DNA of 63,162 bases, counting the filler, from Reclinomonas americana ATCC 50394 (lineage: Eukaryota), in NCBI GenBank assembly GCA_048213135.1. It is 20 parts of 20 records of this genome, joined end to end, with 100 filler letters (N's around TTAATTAATTAA, not from the genome) between each part and the next. Parts side by side here need not be neighbours in the genome. Positions count along the whole stretch, not along the records: positions 13,754 to 16,391 come from AFZH01023665.1; positions 16,492 to 17,698 come from AFZH01023666.1; positions 17,799 to 19,831 come from AFZH01023669.1; positions 19,932 to 21,527 come from AFZH01023670.1; positions 21,628 to 23,286 come from AFZH01023671.1; positions 23,387 to 25,209 come from AFZH01023672.1; positions 25,310 to 28,432 come from AFZH01023674.1; 13 more parts are not named here. One strand, given 5' to 3'. Within the stretch, counting starts at the first letter, position 1. Every line of letters begins with the position of its first letter. A program made the position numbers and the translations under genes. Of this stretch, positions 13,654-25,700 are shown in pieces. Under the pieces are notes generated by a model. The model searched no databases. It had not been told where the DNA came from and was given only the letters and a program-made list of their open reading frames with translations.

Positions 13654-13912
13654 NNNNNNNNNNNNNNNNNNNNNNNNNNNNNNNNNNNNNNNNNNNNTTA
13701 ATTAATTAANNNNNNNNNNNNNNNNNNNNNNNNNNNNNNNNNNNNNNNNNNNNCCGTGGCTGTGGCATCAAACGCACAACACGACAGGATATAAACAAGC
13801 GAGCGTGGGTCGAGAGAGTGGAGACACAACAAGGAGAAGACGCAACGACGGCCAGCGCTCATTGCTGCGATACGATCGTTTGGTCATCGTTTGATTGTTT
13901 AGTGCGAGCAGG

Positions 13913-13951
<39 letters not shown>

Positions 13952-13972
13952 CGCCTGTAAGTGAGTCGCACA

Positions 13973-14560
13973 ATGACCAAAAGCGGCAGCAGGAAGTTGC
14001 GATCCCAACTCTCTCGCGCATGCGCTTTGCTTGCTCACTCACTCGCTGCTCTCCTCTTTATCTTGTGCACACACATGCACACAATGTCCACTTGCACGCC
14101 ACCGCAGTCCACGTTGCGTGGCTTGTGTTTGTTGCATGGAAACATTCGCGTTGATTGAATCATGTGATTGCAGCATTCTGCGGTCATTGTCGGCAGTGCA
14201 TGAGGCAAGGCAGAGTAGCAACCCGCCGGTCAATGCTTCAGAGTTTCTTCGTCTCATTGCCTCCACATCTGCATTCTCCAGCATTCTCATGTATCTGACG
14301 GTGGCAAGCGACGCCACGGCCATCACCATCATCTTCTCCCCAATACTCTCAACTATGGTGCGCGAAGTGTTTGGCTCACCCGACCGCGATGTTGGCTGGC
14401 AAGTGGGCATGCTGGTTGGAACGCCTTCGGTCTTTCAGTTCTTATCGCAGTCTGATCGGGTGCGCGTGAGGCTGCCGTGGCTACGTAGGCGCTCAAAAAA
14501 CTTCGTTGTCCTACGATTGCAGCTGTCCCACCATATTGCCGTGCGTCGTCGGTGTGTGCG
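13973..14560 (+). pseudogene. Truncated, degenerate N-terminal fragment of an MFS (DHA1/ZIFL-like) transporter
   Basis: ITIIFSPILSTMVREVFGSPDRDVGWQVGMLVGTPSVFQFLS resembles MFS TM1-TM2. Motif A appears eroded (SDR...CPTILPCVVG), and no further TM exons occur before the next gene. Confidence 0.45.
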
Positions 14561-14587
14561 AAAAATTGGTCAACAAGTCTCACCATC

Positions 14588-15082
14588 ATGAGCTCCAGAG
14601 ACCGAGAACAACATGCACACACACACAACGCGCAGTACTCAGTATTGACTCCGCGACCATCGCTGGCGGAGGCGGTTTTCTCCGCGCGACGTGTACAACA
14701 CCTCCCCGCTCCCGCCGTGCAAGCGCACCCGCGCGTCTCTCCGGCGATGGCCGCGTCCCCTCGCATACCAACATCATCGGCGCAGGTGTTCCACCGCTCT
14801 CCGCCGCCGCCGGCGGTGGCAGCGCCGGTGGATGAAGATTTGTCTGATAATTTGTCACGCGCTGTGGAGTCCTCCCAGCACAGTGCAGTGTCTGAGCGCG
14901 TGCTTCGTGCGCTTGTGCGCCAACGCTTTCGCCTGCCACCGCTGCCGCAGCCGCCTCGTCCACTGGCGACTCCTCCGCTTCCCGATGACCAGTGTGATGG
15001 CGAGCCAAATCTGAACTTGGCAACTGAGCCGCACGTGGTACGTTGCAATCAGCGCAGTGTTTGTCACAGTGATGCGTCTGTG

Positions 15083-15125
<43 letters not shown>

Positions 15126-17698
15126 ATGTGTGCGTGTGTGAACACGCACATGTATGTGCATGTCACTGAAAGACATGTGCATTTCATGCAGGGGGTACAC
15201 CGTTCCTCGAGCTCAACGAGCTACCTTCGGCATCCACGGGCAATGTCTTTGGTGTGCAAGATTGCACAGGCGCGGCTACTCAGCGGCATTAACACGCCGA
15301 CGAGTACCGACGAGATAACTCCCGTAATCCCGTTCTCGAGCGAGACATCCGATCCACGGAGAGTGTTCCCAGTAGACGAGGATGCACTGGGCGACGCTGG
15401 CGTTGGCGTCAACTGCGCACGCATGTACAACACACAGCGGCCGGCGGCTGCGTCACATTCGCCGTCGTCATCGTCGTCGGCGTCGAGAGGGTCGGTTGTG
15501 TCGGTGCCGATTGTGCCGAGTGCAGACCTGCGATTGCGCAGTTCAAGCGGTGCAGCTGGCCGCGCGGCAGCACAAGTGAGTATGCGCCAGCTGACTGTGC
15601 TGTGGATTGCGGTATCGGTGGCACTACTGACGTCGATGGCGGCGCTTGGCGTTGGCGGATACTTGTACTTGTCGCAAAAGCCGCTGAGCATTCCGAATGA
15701 GGACTTTTTGAGGACATTGGTGTACAATCCGACGAACCAGACGTGGCACTTGAGTGCAGCTGAGTTGACGTCGGAGCAGCAGGCGCGCGACAGAGCCTTG
15801 GTACAGGAGTTACTGGATTCGCGAGTGCCCGACACACTGGCTCGCGTCGACATGGTGACGGACTATGTGGCAGCCACGCGTGCTGTGTTGGATTACAGGA
15901 TGGACTCTTTGCTGCGGAGTGCTAACAACACCATTACGGACTTTGTCGCGTGGACGGTAAATGCACTCGCCACTGCCGATGCGTCGACGACTACAGGTAC
16001 GAATAGACGCATGTGTGGCACGACAAGGATGAACCTAATTGCTGACCATTTTGCGCAGGAATATCGTCAATAACAAACACGTTGCAATCCTTCGGATTAC
16101 TGTCGCCAAGTCGAACGGTGACTGCAGGAGCAGTGACCGCAGTCGGCGTTGTGACCGGCGGGAGTTTGACAACGAGTGGAACGATGGAGGCGGCCATGAT
16201 CAGTACATCCGGAAGGATGACAGCTACCGGGTTGATCAGCGGCGGCAGCGTGACGACAGTAGGCACGCTTGAGAGCAGTTCGGTCAGCACATTTGGTGTG
16301 ATCAGTGGCGGCAGTGTGACGACGGTTGGTTCGCTGCAGAGCGGCTCAGTCAGCACATTCGGTGTGATCAGCGGTGGCAGTGTGACGACGGNNNNNNNNN
16401 NNNNNNNNNNNNNNNNNNNNNNNNNNNNNNNNNNNTTAATTAATTAANNNNNNNNNNNNNNNNNNNNNNNNNNNNNNNNNNNNNNNNNNNNGGTGGGCAC
16501 ACTGCATAGCGGCTCGGTCAGCACATTCGGTGTGATCAGCGGCGGCAGCGTGACGACGGTGGGTTCATTGCAGAGTGGCTCGGTCAGCACGTTCGGTGTG
16601 ATCAGCGGCGGTAGTGTGACGTCGGTGGGTTCCTTGCAAGGCAGCTCGGTCAGCACATTCGGTGTGATCAGCGGCGGTAGTGTGACGACGGTGGGTTCAC
16701 TGCAGAGTGGCTCGGTCAGCACATTCGGTGTGATCAGCGGCGGCAGCGTGACGACGGTGGGTTCACTGCAGAGTAGCTCAGTCAGCACTTTCGGTGTGAT
16801 CAGCGGCGGCAGTGTGACGACGGTGGGTTCACTGCAGAGCGGCTCAGTCAGCACATTCGGTGTGATCAGCGGCGGCAGTGTGACGACGGTGGGCACACTG
16901 CGTAGCGGCTCGGTCAGCACATTCGGTGTGATCAGCGGCGGCAGCGTGACGACGGTGGGTTCACTGCAGAGTAGCTCGGTCAGCGCGTTCGGTGTGATCA
17001 GCGGCGGCAGTGTGACGACAGTGGGCACGCTGGAGAGTGGCTCAGTCAGCACATTCGGCGTGATCAGCGGCGGCAGTGTGACGACGGTGGGCACGCTGGA
17101 GAGTGGCTCAGTCAGCACATTCGGTGTGATCACTGGCGGCAGTGTGACGACGGTTGGTTCGCTGCAGAGCGGCTCAGTCAGCACATTCGGTGTGATCAGC
17201 GGTGGCAGTGTGACGACGGTGGGCACGCTTGAGAGCAGTTCGGTCAGCACATTTGGCGTCATCAGCGGCGGCAGTGTGACGACGGTTGGCACGCTTGAGA
17301 GCGGCTCGGTCAGCACATTCGGTGTGATCAGCGGCGGCAGTGTGACGACAGTGGGCACGCTAGAGAGCAGCTCGGTCAGCACATTCGGTGTGATCAGTGG
17401 CGGCAGTGTGACAACAGTGGGTTCATTGCAGGGAAGCTCGGTCAGCACATTTGGTGTGATCAGCGGCGGCAGTGTGACGACGGTGGGCACGCTGCAGAGC
17501 AGCTCAGTCAGCGCATTCGGTGTGATCAGCGGTGGCAGTGTGACGACAGTGGGTTCATTGCAGAGCGGCTCAGTCAGCACTTTCGGTGTGATCAGCGGCG
17601 GCAGCGTGACGACGGTGGGTTCACTGCAGGGCAGCTCGGTCAGCACATTCGGTGTGATCAGCGGTGGGAGTGTGACGACAGTGGGCACGCTGGAGAGC
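14588..17698 (+). CDS. Type II single-pass membrane protein with a helical stalk and a long 22-aa tandem-repeat ectodomain, 3' end lost in gap
   Basis: ATG 14588. Introns 15038-15191 and 15997-16058 join the frames. TM segment LTVLWIAVSVALLTSMAALGVGGYLYL. Repeats (GSVTTVGSLQS-GSVSTFGVISG)n continue across the 16392 gap. Confidence 0.75.
15085..15124 (+). repeat. (TG)n microsatellite in an intron
   Basis: Direct observation. Confidence 0.9.
16230..17698 (+). repeat. 66-bp coding tandem repeat (two 33-bp half units), about 20 copies visible
   Basis: Near-identical units with mostly synonymous or conservative variation and an open frame throughout. Confidence 0.92.
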
Positions 17699-17798
17699 NN
17701 NNNNNNNNNNNNNNNNNNNNNNNNNNNNNNNNNNNNNNNNNNTTAATTAATTAANNNNNNNNNNNNNNNNNNNNNNNNNNNNNNNNNNNNNNNNNNNN

Positions 17799-17878
17799 TG
17801 TGCGGGGGGAGGGAGGGAGAGAGACAAGAGGAAGGGATGAAGAATACAAGCAACAAACAATCAGCGGCGTTCACACGA

Positions 17879-17909
<31 letters not shown>

Positions 17910-18499
17910 CACACACACAGACACAGAGCGCGCGCGCAAGAGACAGAGACGCACACATTGCCTCCTCATCAGGACGCAACAGACAAACACCGTGGCCACA
18001 AACTCGTAGCGTGCTTCCACGCCTTCTTCACCATCCACATCAACGCACAGATACCGCTCGCCTCCACTGCCATCGCGCGACGCATCAAAGGCGAGCGACG
18101 AGGCGCCGGAGTTGTTGTTGTTGACAAGGACGACGGCGATCGGAGATGAACTCGTGCATGCGCGATCGAGAAAGAGAGTGGCAGTGGAGGCCGTCGACTG
18201 CCACGAGCCACTAATGTCAACAAGCTGAGCGGCGGTGCCGGCCTTGATGGCAATGTTGGAGGGCGAGAAGACTGGATTAGATTTCGCGCGCAAATCGTGA
18301 GTTATAAGTTTGTGCGGTGGTGCATTTAAAAAAACGCGCGCGTGCGTGCACACAACAACGAGGATATGGTGACGCAACTGAGAGGAGGCTCCTCTGCAGA
18401 GGACAGCAGTGGAGAGAGCAAGAGCACTAAGAGTGCGCAAGTGGCAAAAAACACACTTGCGCTCGTCCTTGTTGCAGTGGGCGGCTGTGTGTTTCTCAT
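17799..18499 (-). CDS. 5' end of giant secreted-protein paralogue C (signal peptide plus first beta-rich domain)
   Basis: ATG 18499 gives the signal peptide MRNTQPPTATRTSASVFFATCALLVLLLSPLLSSAEE. Exon 2 (FSPSNIAIKAGTAAQLVDI...GGERYLCVDVDG...ATVFV) is homologous to the exon at 29286-29606. Confidence 0.75.
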
Positions 18500-19770
18500 T
18501 TGTGTGTGCGTGTGTGTGTGTTGATCTTCGCTGTTTGAGGCACTGCGTAAAGGGAGGGCGCATTGTGTGTGTCAGAAACACGACATCAAGACAGGCAGAC
18601 AAATTTAGTAAGTGCCACTCTGCAGTGACACGGAATGTGCACGCGTGTGGGTAATGAGGAGAAGGAGTGTGTCTGCGTATAGTGCATGAAGAGCGCGTGT
18701 GCAGTTTCTTGCCTCGATCTCTCTGTGTGTCGCTCACCACAGACTGCGCGTGTGCGTGTGTGTGCAATCGCGCTTGTCTCACTTGCGTGGGACAGGCAAC
18801 AACAGGAGGCAAAGCCCAACAACAAAAGACAAGTGCTCCTCTCACTGCGCGCGTCTTTTTGCTGTTGTTGTTTTCTGTGGTCAATATAGAAATATGCTTG
18901 TCCCGTTCTTTTCCCAAACTGGGAATCGTGGTATTGCTGCATTCGCCGTCTCTGCGATTCTTTATTGACACAAGCAAGCACGAGGTGTGCAGGCGCGTGT
19001 ACAATTCACGCATGCATGCGGCTGTGGTGTGTTGTGGCAGTAATGTTGTTGCGTTTTTTAATTCGATCAGATGCATGACTCCGGCTTTTGGATACCAAAT
19101 ATGGCAAATAAGGCCGGCGACACACAAAAGATGGCAGTCTCGCTGTCGCTGTGGCAGTGAGATACACACGCAATCTGTGTTGATGAGTGGATCTGTTGCG
19201 TTGTCGTGTGCATGTGCATTTGCGTGGAAAGTGGAGAGAGACGATCGACAAGTGTGGCACGTATCTTTTCCATGTTTATCTTCCACACTCTGACGCCCTC
19301 TCTTGTGGGACGCAGAGCACGCCACCTGTGCTTGGGCGGAGGACTGTGTGCCGCAAAAAATAGGGCTGCGGAGACAACTGTGTTCGGATCCTGTTTCATG
19401 TAAGAAGTGATGCAAGTGCTCCGTTCTCTTTCACTCACGAACTCAAGAAACAAGTGCACCTATGCATAAGTCTCGTTGCTCTTGACATGCAAGGTTTGGA
19501 GCACTGCAGCTGCAATGTTCTTCTCGCGCACATTCCCTTTGCAAGCCGACGACTTCTTCGTTGTTCTTGCAGCTTCATGGACCAGCTGGGCTGCCTTCGC
19601 TTCCCATCGTGACCATCGAAGAGACGACGGCACGCAATTCAGCGGCCCGCAGCGGTGCATATGCGAGCCACTTGCTTTCCTTCTCCCATTGCAAAGCATT
19701 TATACGAGCATTTACTCTGGCCGACCCTTGTGAGATGCACATCCACCAGCCGTGCGTACGCTGACATAAG

Positions 19771-22700
19771 TCAACATGAAAGACGGGAAATCTGACCACC
19801 GTTCACCACCGCCACCAGCTTGGAGCCATCANNNNNNNNNNNNNNNNNNNNNNNNNNNNNNNNNNNNNNNNNNNNTTAATTAATTAANNNNNNNNNNNNN
19901 NNNNNNNNNNNNNNNNNNNNNNNNNNNNNNNACTGCAGTTGCAGCTTGCATTCGTGTAGTCGCCCGTGCAGTCACACGCCCCAGTTGTCGTGTTGCACGT
20001 GCCGTGTCCAGAGCACGTCGTCGCCGCCACACAATTCACATTGCATGATGCGCCGTAGTAGTCGGCAGCGCACGTGCATGTGCCGTTGGCATTGCATGTG
20101 CCATGACCAGAGCACGTCGTGCTGGGACTGCAGTTGCAGCTGGCATTCGTGTAGTCGCCAGTGCACAGACATGTGCCGTCACCCTGGCAACTTCCATGAC
20201 CCGAGCACGTCGCCGACGGACTGCAGTTGCAGCTGGCGTTGGTGTAGTCGCCCGTGCAGACACACGCCCCCGTTGTCGTGTTGCACGTGCCGTGTCCAGA
20301 GCACGTCGTCGCCGCCACACAGTTCACGTTGCACGATGCGCCGTAGAAGTCAGCGTCGCATTGACAAGTGCCATTGGTGTTGCACGTCCCGTGACCGGAG
20401 CACGTGGTAGCCGCCACACAGTTCACGTTGCATGATGCACTGTAATAGTCAGCGTTGCACTGGCACGTGCCGTCACTCTTGCACGTGCCATGTCCAGAGC
20501 ACGTGGTTGCCGCCACACAGTTTACAGTGCACGATACACCATAATAGTCAGTATCACACTGGCAAGTGCCACTGGCGTTGCATGTTCCGTGGCCGAAGCA
20601 CGTTGCAGTAGGACTGCAGTCGCAGCTGGCATTCGTGTAGTCGCCAGTGCACTGACAGGTGCCAGTATTCGGATTGAGCGTGCCGTGGTCCGAGCACACA
20701 GAGCAGCCACCGAGATTGAACGTGTACACCCGACCACTGCTCGTAGCAAGCACTAGCTTGCTACCGTCGCTGGTGGTGGCCACACCAGTCCAGTTGCGAC
20801 TGGAATCACGCGCCGACCATGTGACACCAGAATCATTGGAGATGAAAATATTACCTGCATTCAATACTCCAACCAGCCGGGTTCCATCGCTGCTGGAGGC
20901 CACTGCACTCCACGGGCGATTGGAATCAGTAGCTCTAGCCGTCCACGTAACACCAGAGTCAGTGGACGTGTACAACAGACCACCGTTCGATACAGCCACC
21001 AGCTTGGTACCATCACTGTTGGACGCCACTGCAACCCAGTTTCGGGTTGAGTCGCGCGCTGTCCACGTCGCGCCAGAGTCGACGGAGGTATAGATCTGGC
21101 CGTTGTTCACCACAGCCACAAGCTTGGTGCCGTCAACGTTGGAGGCCAGTCCAATCCAGTTACGAGTGGAATCACGTGCTATCCACGTCACGCCAGAGTC
21201 GACAGACGTGTAGATCTGACCTCCAGAGACAGCAGCCACCAGATTCGTACCGTCACTGCTCGAGGCCACTGCAAGCCAGTTGCGATTGGAGTTGCGCGCC
21301 GTCCACGTCACGCCAGAGTCGATCGAAGTGTAAATCTGACCACCCTGCACTGCAGCCACCAGTTTGGTGCCGCTATCGTCGGAGGCCATAGCTTGCCAGC
21401 TGCGGGCGGAATCGCGAGCAATCCACGTTACACCAGAGTCAGTGGACGTGTAGATCTGCCCATTCTGCAGCACAGCCGCCAGCTTGAGGCCGTCACTGCT
21501 GCTGACCACTGTCCTCCACGTCGCTGGNNNNNNNNNNNNNNNNNNNNNNNNNNNNNNNNNNNNNNNNNNNNTTAATTAATTAANNNNNNNNNNNNNNNNN
21601 NNNNNNNNNNNNNNNNNNNNNNNNNNNGACACGTGCCGTCACCTTGACAACTTCCATGGCTGGAGCACGTCGCCGATGGACTGCAGTTGCAGCTGGCATT
21701 GGTGTAGTCGCCCGTGCAGTCACACGCCCCCGTTGTCGTGTTGCACGTTCCGTGTCCAGAGCACGTCGTCGCCGCCACACAGTTCACATTGCACGATGCG
21801 CCGTAGTAGTCGGCAGCGCACGTACAAGTGCCGTTGGTGTTGCATGTGCCATGACCAGAGCACGTCGCCGATGGACTGCAATTGCAGCTGGCATTCGTGT
21901 AGTCGCCCGTGCACTGACAAGAGCCGTCACTCTTGCACGATCCGTGTCCAGAGCACGTCGCCGACGGACTGCAGTTGCAGCTGGCATTGGTGTAGTCGCC
22001 CGTGCAGTCACATGCCCCCGTTGTTATGTTGCACGTCCCATGTCCAGAGCACGTCGTTGCCGCCACACAGTTCACATTGCATGATGCGCCGTAGTAGTTG
22101 GTATTGCACGAGCAAGTGCCATTGGTGTTGCACGTGCCATGTCCAAAGCACGTCGTAGCTGCCACACAGTTCACATTACACGATGCGCCGTAGTAGTCGG
22201 CAGCGCATGCGCAAGTGCCGTTGGCATTGCATGTGCCATGACCAGAGCACGTCGCGCTGGGACTGCAGTTGCAGCTGGCATTTGTATAGTCGCCAGTGCA
22301 CAGACACGTGCCGTCACTCTTGCACGTACCGTGTCCAGAGCACGTTGTTGCCGCCACACAGTTTACAGTACACGATACGCCATAATAGTCAGTATTGCAC
22401 TGGCAAGTGCCACTGGCGTTGCATGTTCCGTGGCCGAAGCACGTCGCAGTAGGACTGCAGTTGCAGCTGGCATTCGTGTAGTCACCAGTGCACTGACAGG
22501 TGCCAGTATTCGGATTGAGCGTGCCGTGGTCCGAGCACACAGAGCAGCCACCGAGATTCAACGTGTACACCTGACTATTGCTCGTAGCAAGCACCAGCTT
22601 GCTACCGTCACTGGTGGAGGCCACACCGAACCAACGGCGACTGGAATCACGCGCCGACCATGTGACACCAGAGTCGTTGGAGATGTAGATCTGACCTGCA

Positions 22701-25700
22701 TTCAATACTCCAACCAGCCGGGTTCCATCGCTGCTGGAGGCCACTGCACTCCATGGGCGATTCGCATCGGTAGCCCTAGCCGTCCACGTCACACCAGAGT
22801 CAGTAGATGTGTACAACAGACCACCGTTCGATACAGCCACCAGCTTGGTACCATCACTGTCGGACGCCACTGCAATCCAGTTTCGGGTTGAGTCGCGCGC
22901 TGTCCACGTCGCGCCAGAGTCGATGGAAGTATAGATCTGGCCGTTGTTCACCACAGCCACAAGCTTGGTGCCGTCACTGCTGGAGGCCAGTCCAATCCAG
23001 TTACGAGCGGAATCACGAGCTGTCCACGTCACGCCAGAGTCGACAGACGTGTAGATCTGACCTCCAGAGTGAGCAGCCACCAATTTGGTACCGTCACTGC
23101 TCGAGGCCACTGCAAACCAGTCGCGATTGGAGTTGCGCGCCGTCCACGTCACGCCAGAGTCGATCGAAGTGTAAATCTGACCACCCTGCACTGCAGCCAC
23201 CAGCTTGGTGCCGCTATCGTCGGAGGCCATAGCTCGCCAGGTGCGGGTGGAATCGCGAGCAATCCACGTTACACCAGAGTCGGTGGNNNNNNNNNNNNNN
23301 NNNNNNNNNNNNNNNNNNNNNNNNNNNNNNTTAATTAATTAANNNNNNNNNNNNNNNNNNNNNNNNNNNNNNNNNNNNNNNNNNNNTTTGAGTCACGCGC
23401 CGTCCACGTCACGCCAGAGTCAGTGGAGGTGTACAGCTGGCCACTATCAACACTGGCCACCATCAGCGAGCCATTACTATTGGAAGACATTCCTCTCCAG
23501 TTACGACTCGCATCGCGCGCCGTCCACGTGACGCCAGAGTCAGTGGAGGTGTAAAGCTGACCACCACTGACACTGGCCACCACCACGGCGCCATTTCCGC
23601 TGTACGCCACTCCATTCCAGTTGCGACTAGTATCTCGAGCCGTCCACGTCACTCCAGAGTCCGTAGATGTGTACAGCTGGCCACCACTAACACTGGCCAC
23701 CACCAACGTGCCATTACTGTTGGATGCCACTCCGCTCCAGTTGCGACTGGAATCTCGCGCCGTCCACGTTACGCCAGAGTCAGTGGAGGTGTAGATCTGG
23801 CCGTTCTGCACCACAGCCACCAGCTTGGTGCCGTCGTCACTGGAGGCAACCGCCGCCCAGTTGCCAACATACCCGAGCGTGGCAACGGAGGAGCTTGTCA
23901 AGCACGACGTTCCTGTTCAAAAGAGCATGATCAGCACACAGACACAGAGAGAGAACGAATACGACCGCAAAGAAACAACAATACTTACCACTGCATGGAC
24001 TTGTGCAGGTGCATGTTCCGTTTGCACCACAAGTACCATGTCCAGAGCATGTAATGGCGGGGCTGCAGTTGCAGCTGGCGTTGGTGAAATCACCAGTGCA
24101 GTCACACGCACCGGTTGTTGAGTTACAATTGCCATGTCCAGAGCAGGTGGTGGCCGCCACACAGTTCACATTGCATGATGCACCGTAAAAGTTGGTATTG
24201 CACGAGCAAGTACCATTTGTACTGCATGTGCCATGGCCAGAGCACGTCACCGATGGACTACAGTTGCAGCTGGCATTGGTGTAGTCGCCAGTGCACTGGC
24301 ACGTGCCGTCACTCTTGCACGTTCCGTGACCGGAGCACGTCGCCGATGGACTGCAGTTGCAGCTGCCATTGGTGTAGTCGCCCGTGCACAGACACGTGCC
24401 GTCACTCTTGCATGATCCGTGTCCAGAGCACGTCGCCGATGGACTGCAGTTGCAGCTGGCATTGGTGTAGTCACCCGTGCAGTCACATGCCCCCGTTGTC
24501 GTGTTGCACGTGCCGCGTCCAGAGCACGTCGTCGTTGCCACACAGTTCACATTGCATGATGCGCCGTAGTAGTTGGCAGCGCACGTACAAGTGCCATTGG
24601 TGTTGCATATGCCATGACCAGAGCACGTCGTGCTGGGACTGCAGTTGCAGCTGGCATTCGTGTATTCATCAGTGCACAGACACGTGCCGTCACTTTTGCA
24701 CGATCCGTGTCCAGAGCACGTCGCCGACGGACTGCAGTTGCAGCTGGTATTGGTGTAGTCACCCGTGCAGTCACACGCCCCAGTCGTCGTGTTGCACGTG
24801 CCGTGTCCAGAGCACGTCGTTGCCGCCACACAATTCACGTTGCATGATGTGCCGTAGTAGTCGGCAACGCACGTACAAGTGCCATTGGTGTTGCATGTAC
24901 CATGACCAGAGCACGTCGTGCTGGGACTGCAGTTGCAGCTGGCATTCGTGTAGTCGTCAGTGCACTGACAAGTGCCGTCACTCTTGCACGTTCCATGACC
25001 AGAGCACGTGGTGCTGGGACTGCAGTGTGTGCTGCACGAGGAGCCGTAATAGTCAGCGTTGCACTGGCATGTGCCGTCACTCTTGCATGTTCCGTGTCCA
25101 GAGCACGTCGCCGACGGACTGCAGTTGCAGCTAGCATTGGTGTAGTCACCCGTGCAGTCACACGCCCCCGTTGTCGTGTTGCACGTGCCGTGTCCAGAGC
25201 ACGTCGTTGNNNNNNNNNNNNNNNNNNNNNNNNNNNNNNNNNNNNNNNNNNNNTTAATTAATTAANNNNNNNNNNNNNNNNNNNNNNNNNNNNNNNNNNN
25301 NNNNNNNNNGAGCACGTCGTGCTGGGACTGCAGTTGCAGCTGGCATTCGTGTAGTCGTCCGTGCACAGGCACGAGCCGTCACCTTGACAACTTCCATGAG
25401 CCGAGCACGTCGCCGATGGACTGCAGTTGCAGCTGACATTGGTGTAGTCGCCCGTGCAATCACACGACCCTGTTGACGCGTTGCACGTGCCATGCCCGGA
25501 GCATGTCGTCGTTGCCACACAGTTCACATTGCATGATGCGCCGTAGTAGTTGGCACTGCATGTGCAAGTGCCATTGGTGTTGCATGAGCCATGACCAGAG
25601 CACGAGGTGCTGGGACTGCAGTTGCAGCTGGCATTCGTGTAGTCGCCAGTGCAGTCACACGCCCCAGTCGTCACGTTGCACGTGCCGTGTGCAGAGCACG

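Noticed and set aside
16230..17698. 66-bp array as a CRISPR array or bacterial ice-nucleation protein
   Set aside because: There are no unique spacers or cas genes, the frame is open with synonymous variation, and the AGYGSTxTA 16-mer is absent.
17871..19415. 514-aa minus-strand ORF as a single protein
   Set aside because: Only about 17981-18271 matches the paralogous exon; the rest runs through intron and intergenic microsatellite sequence.
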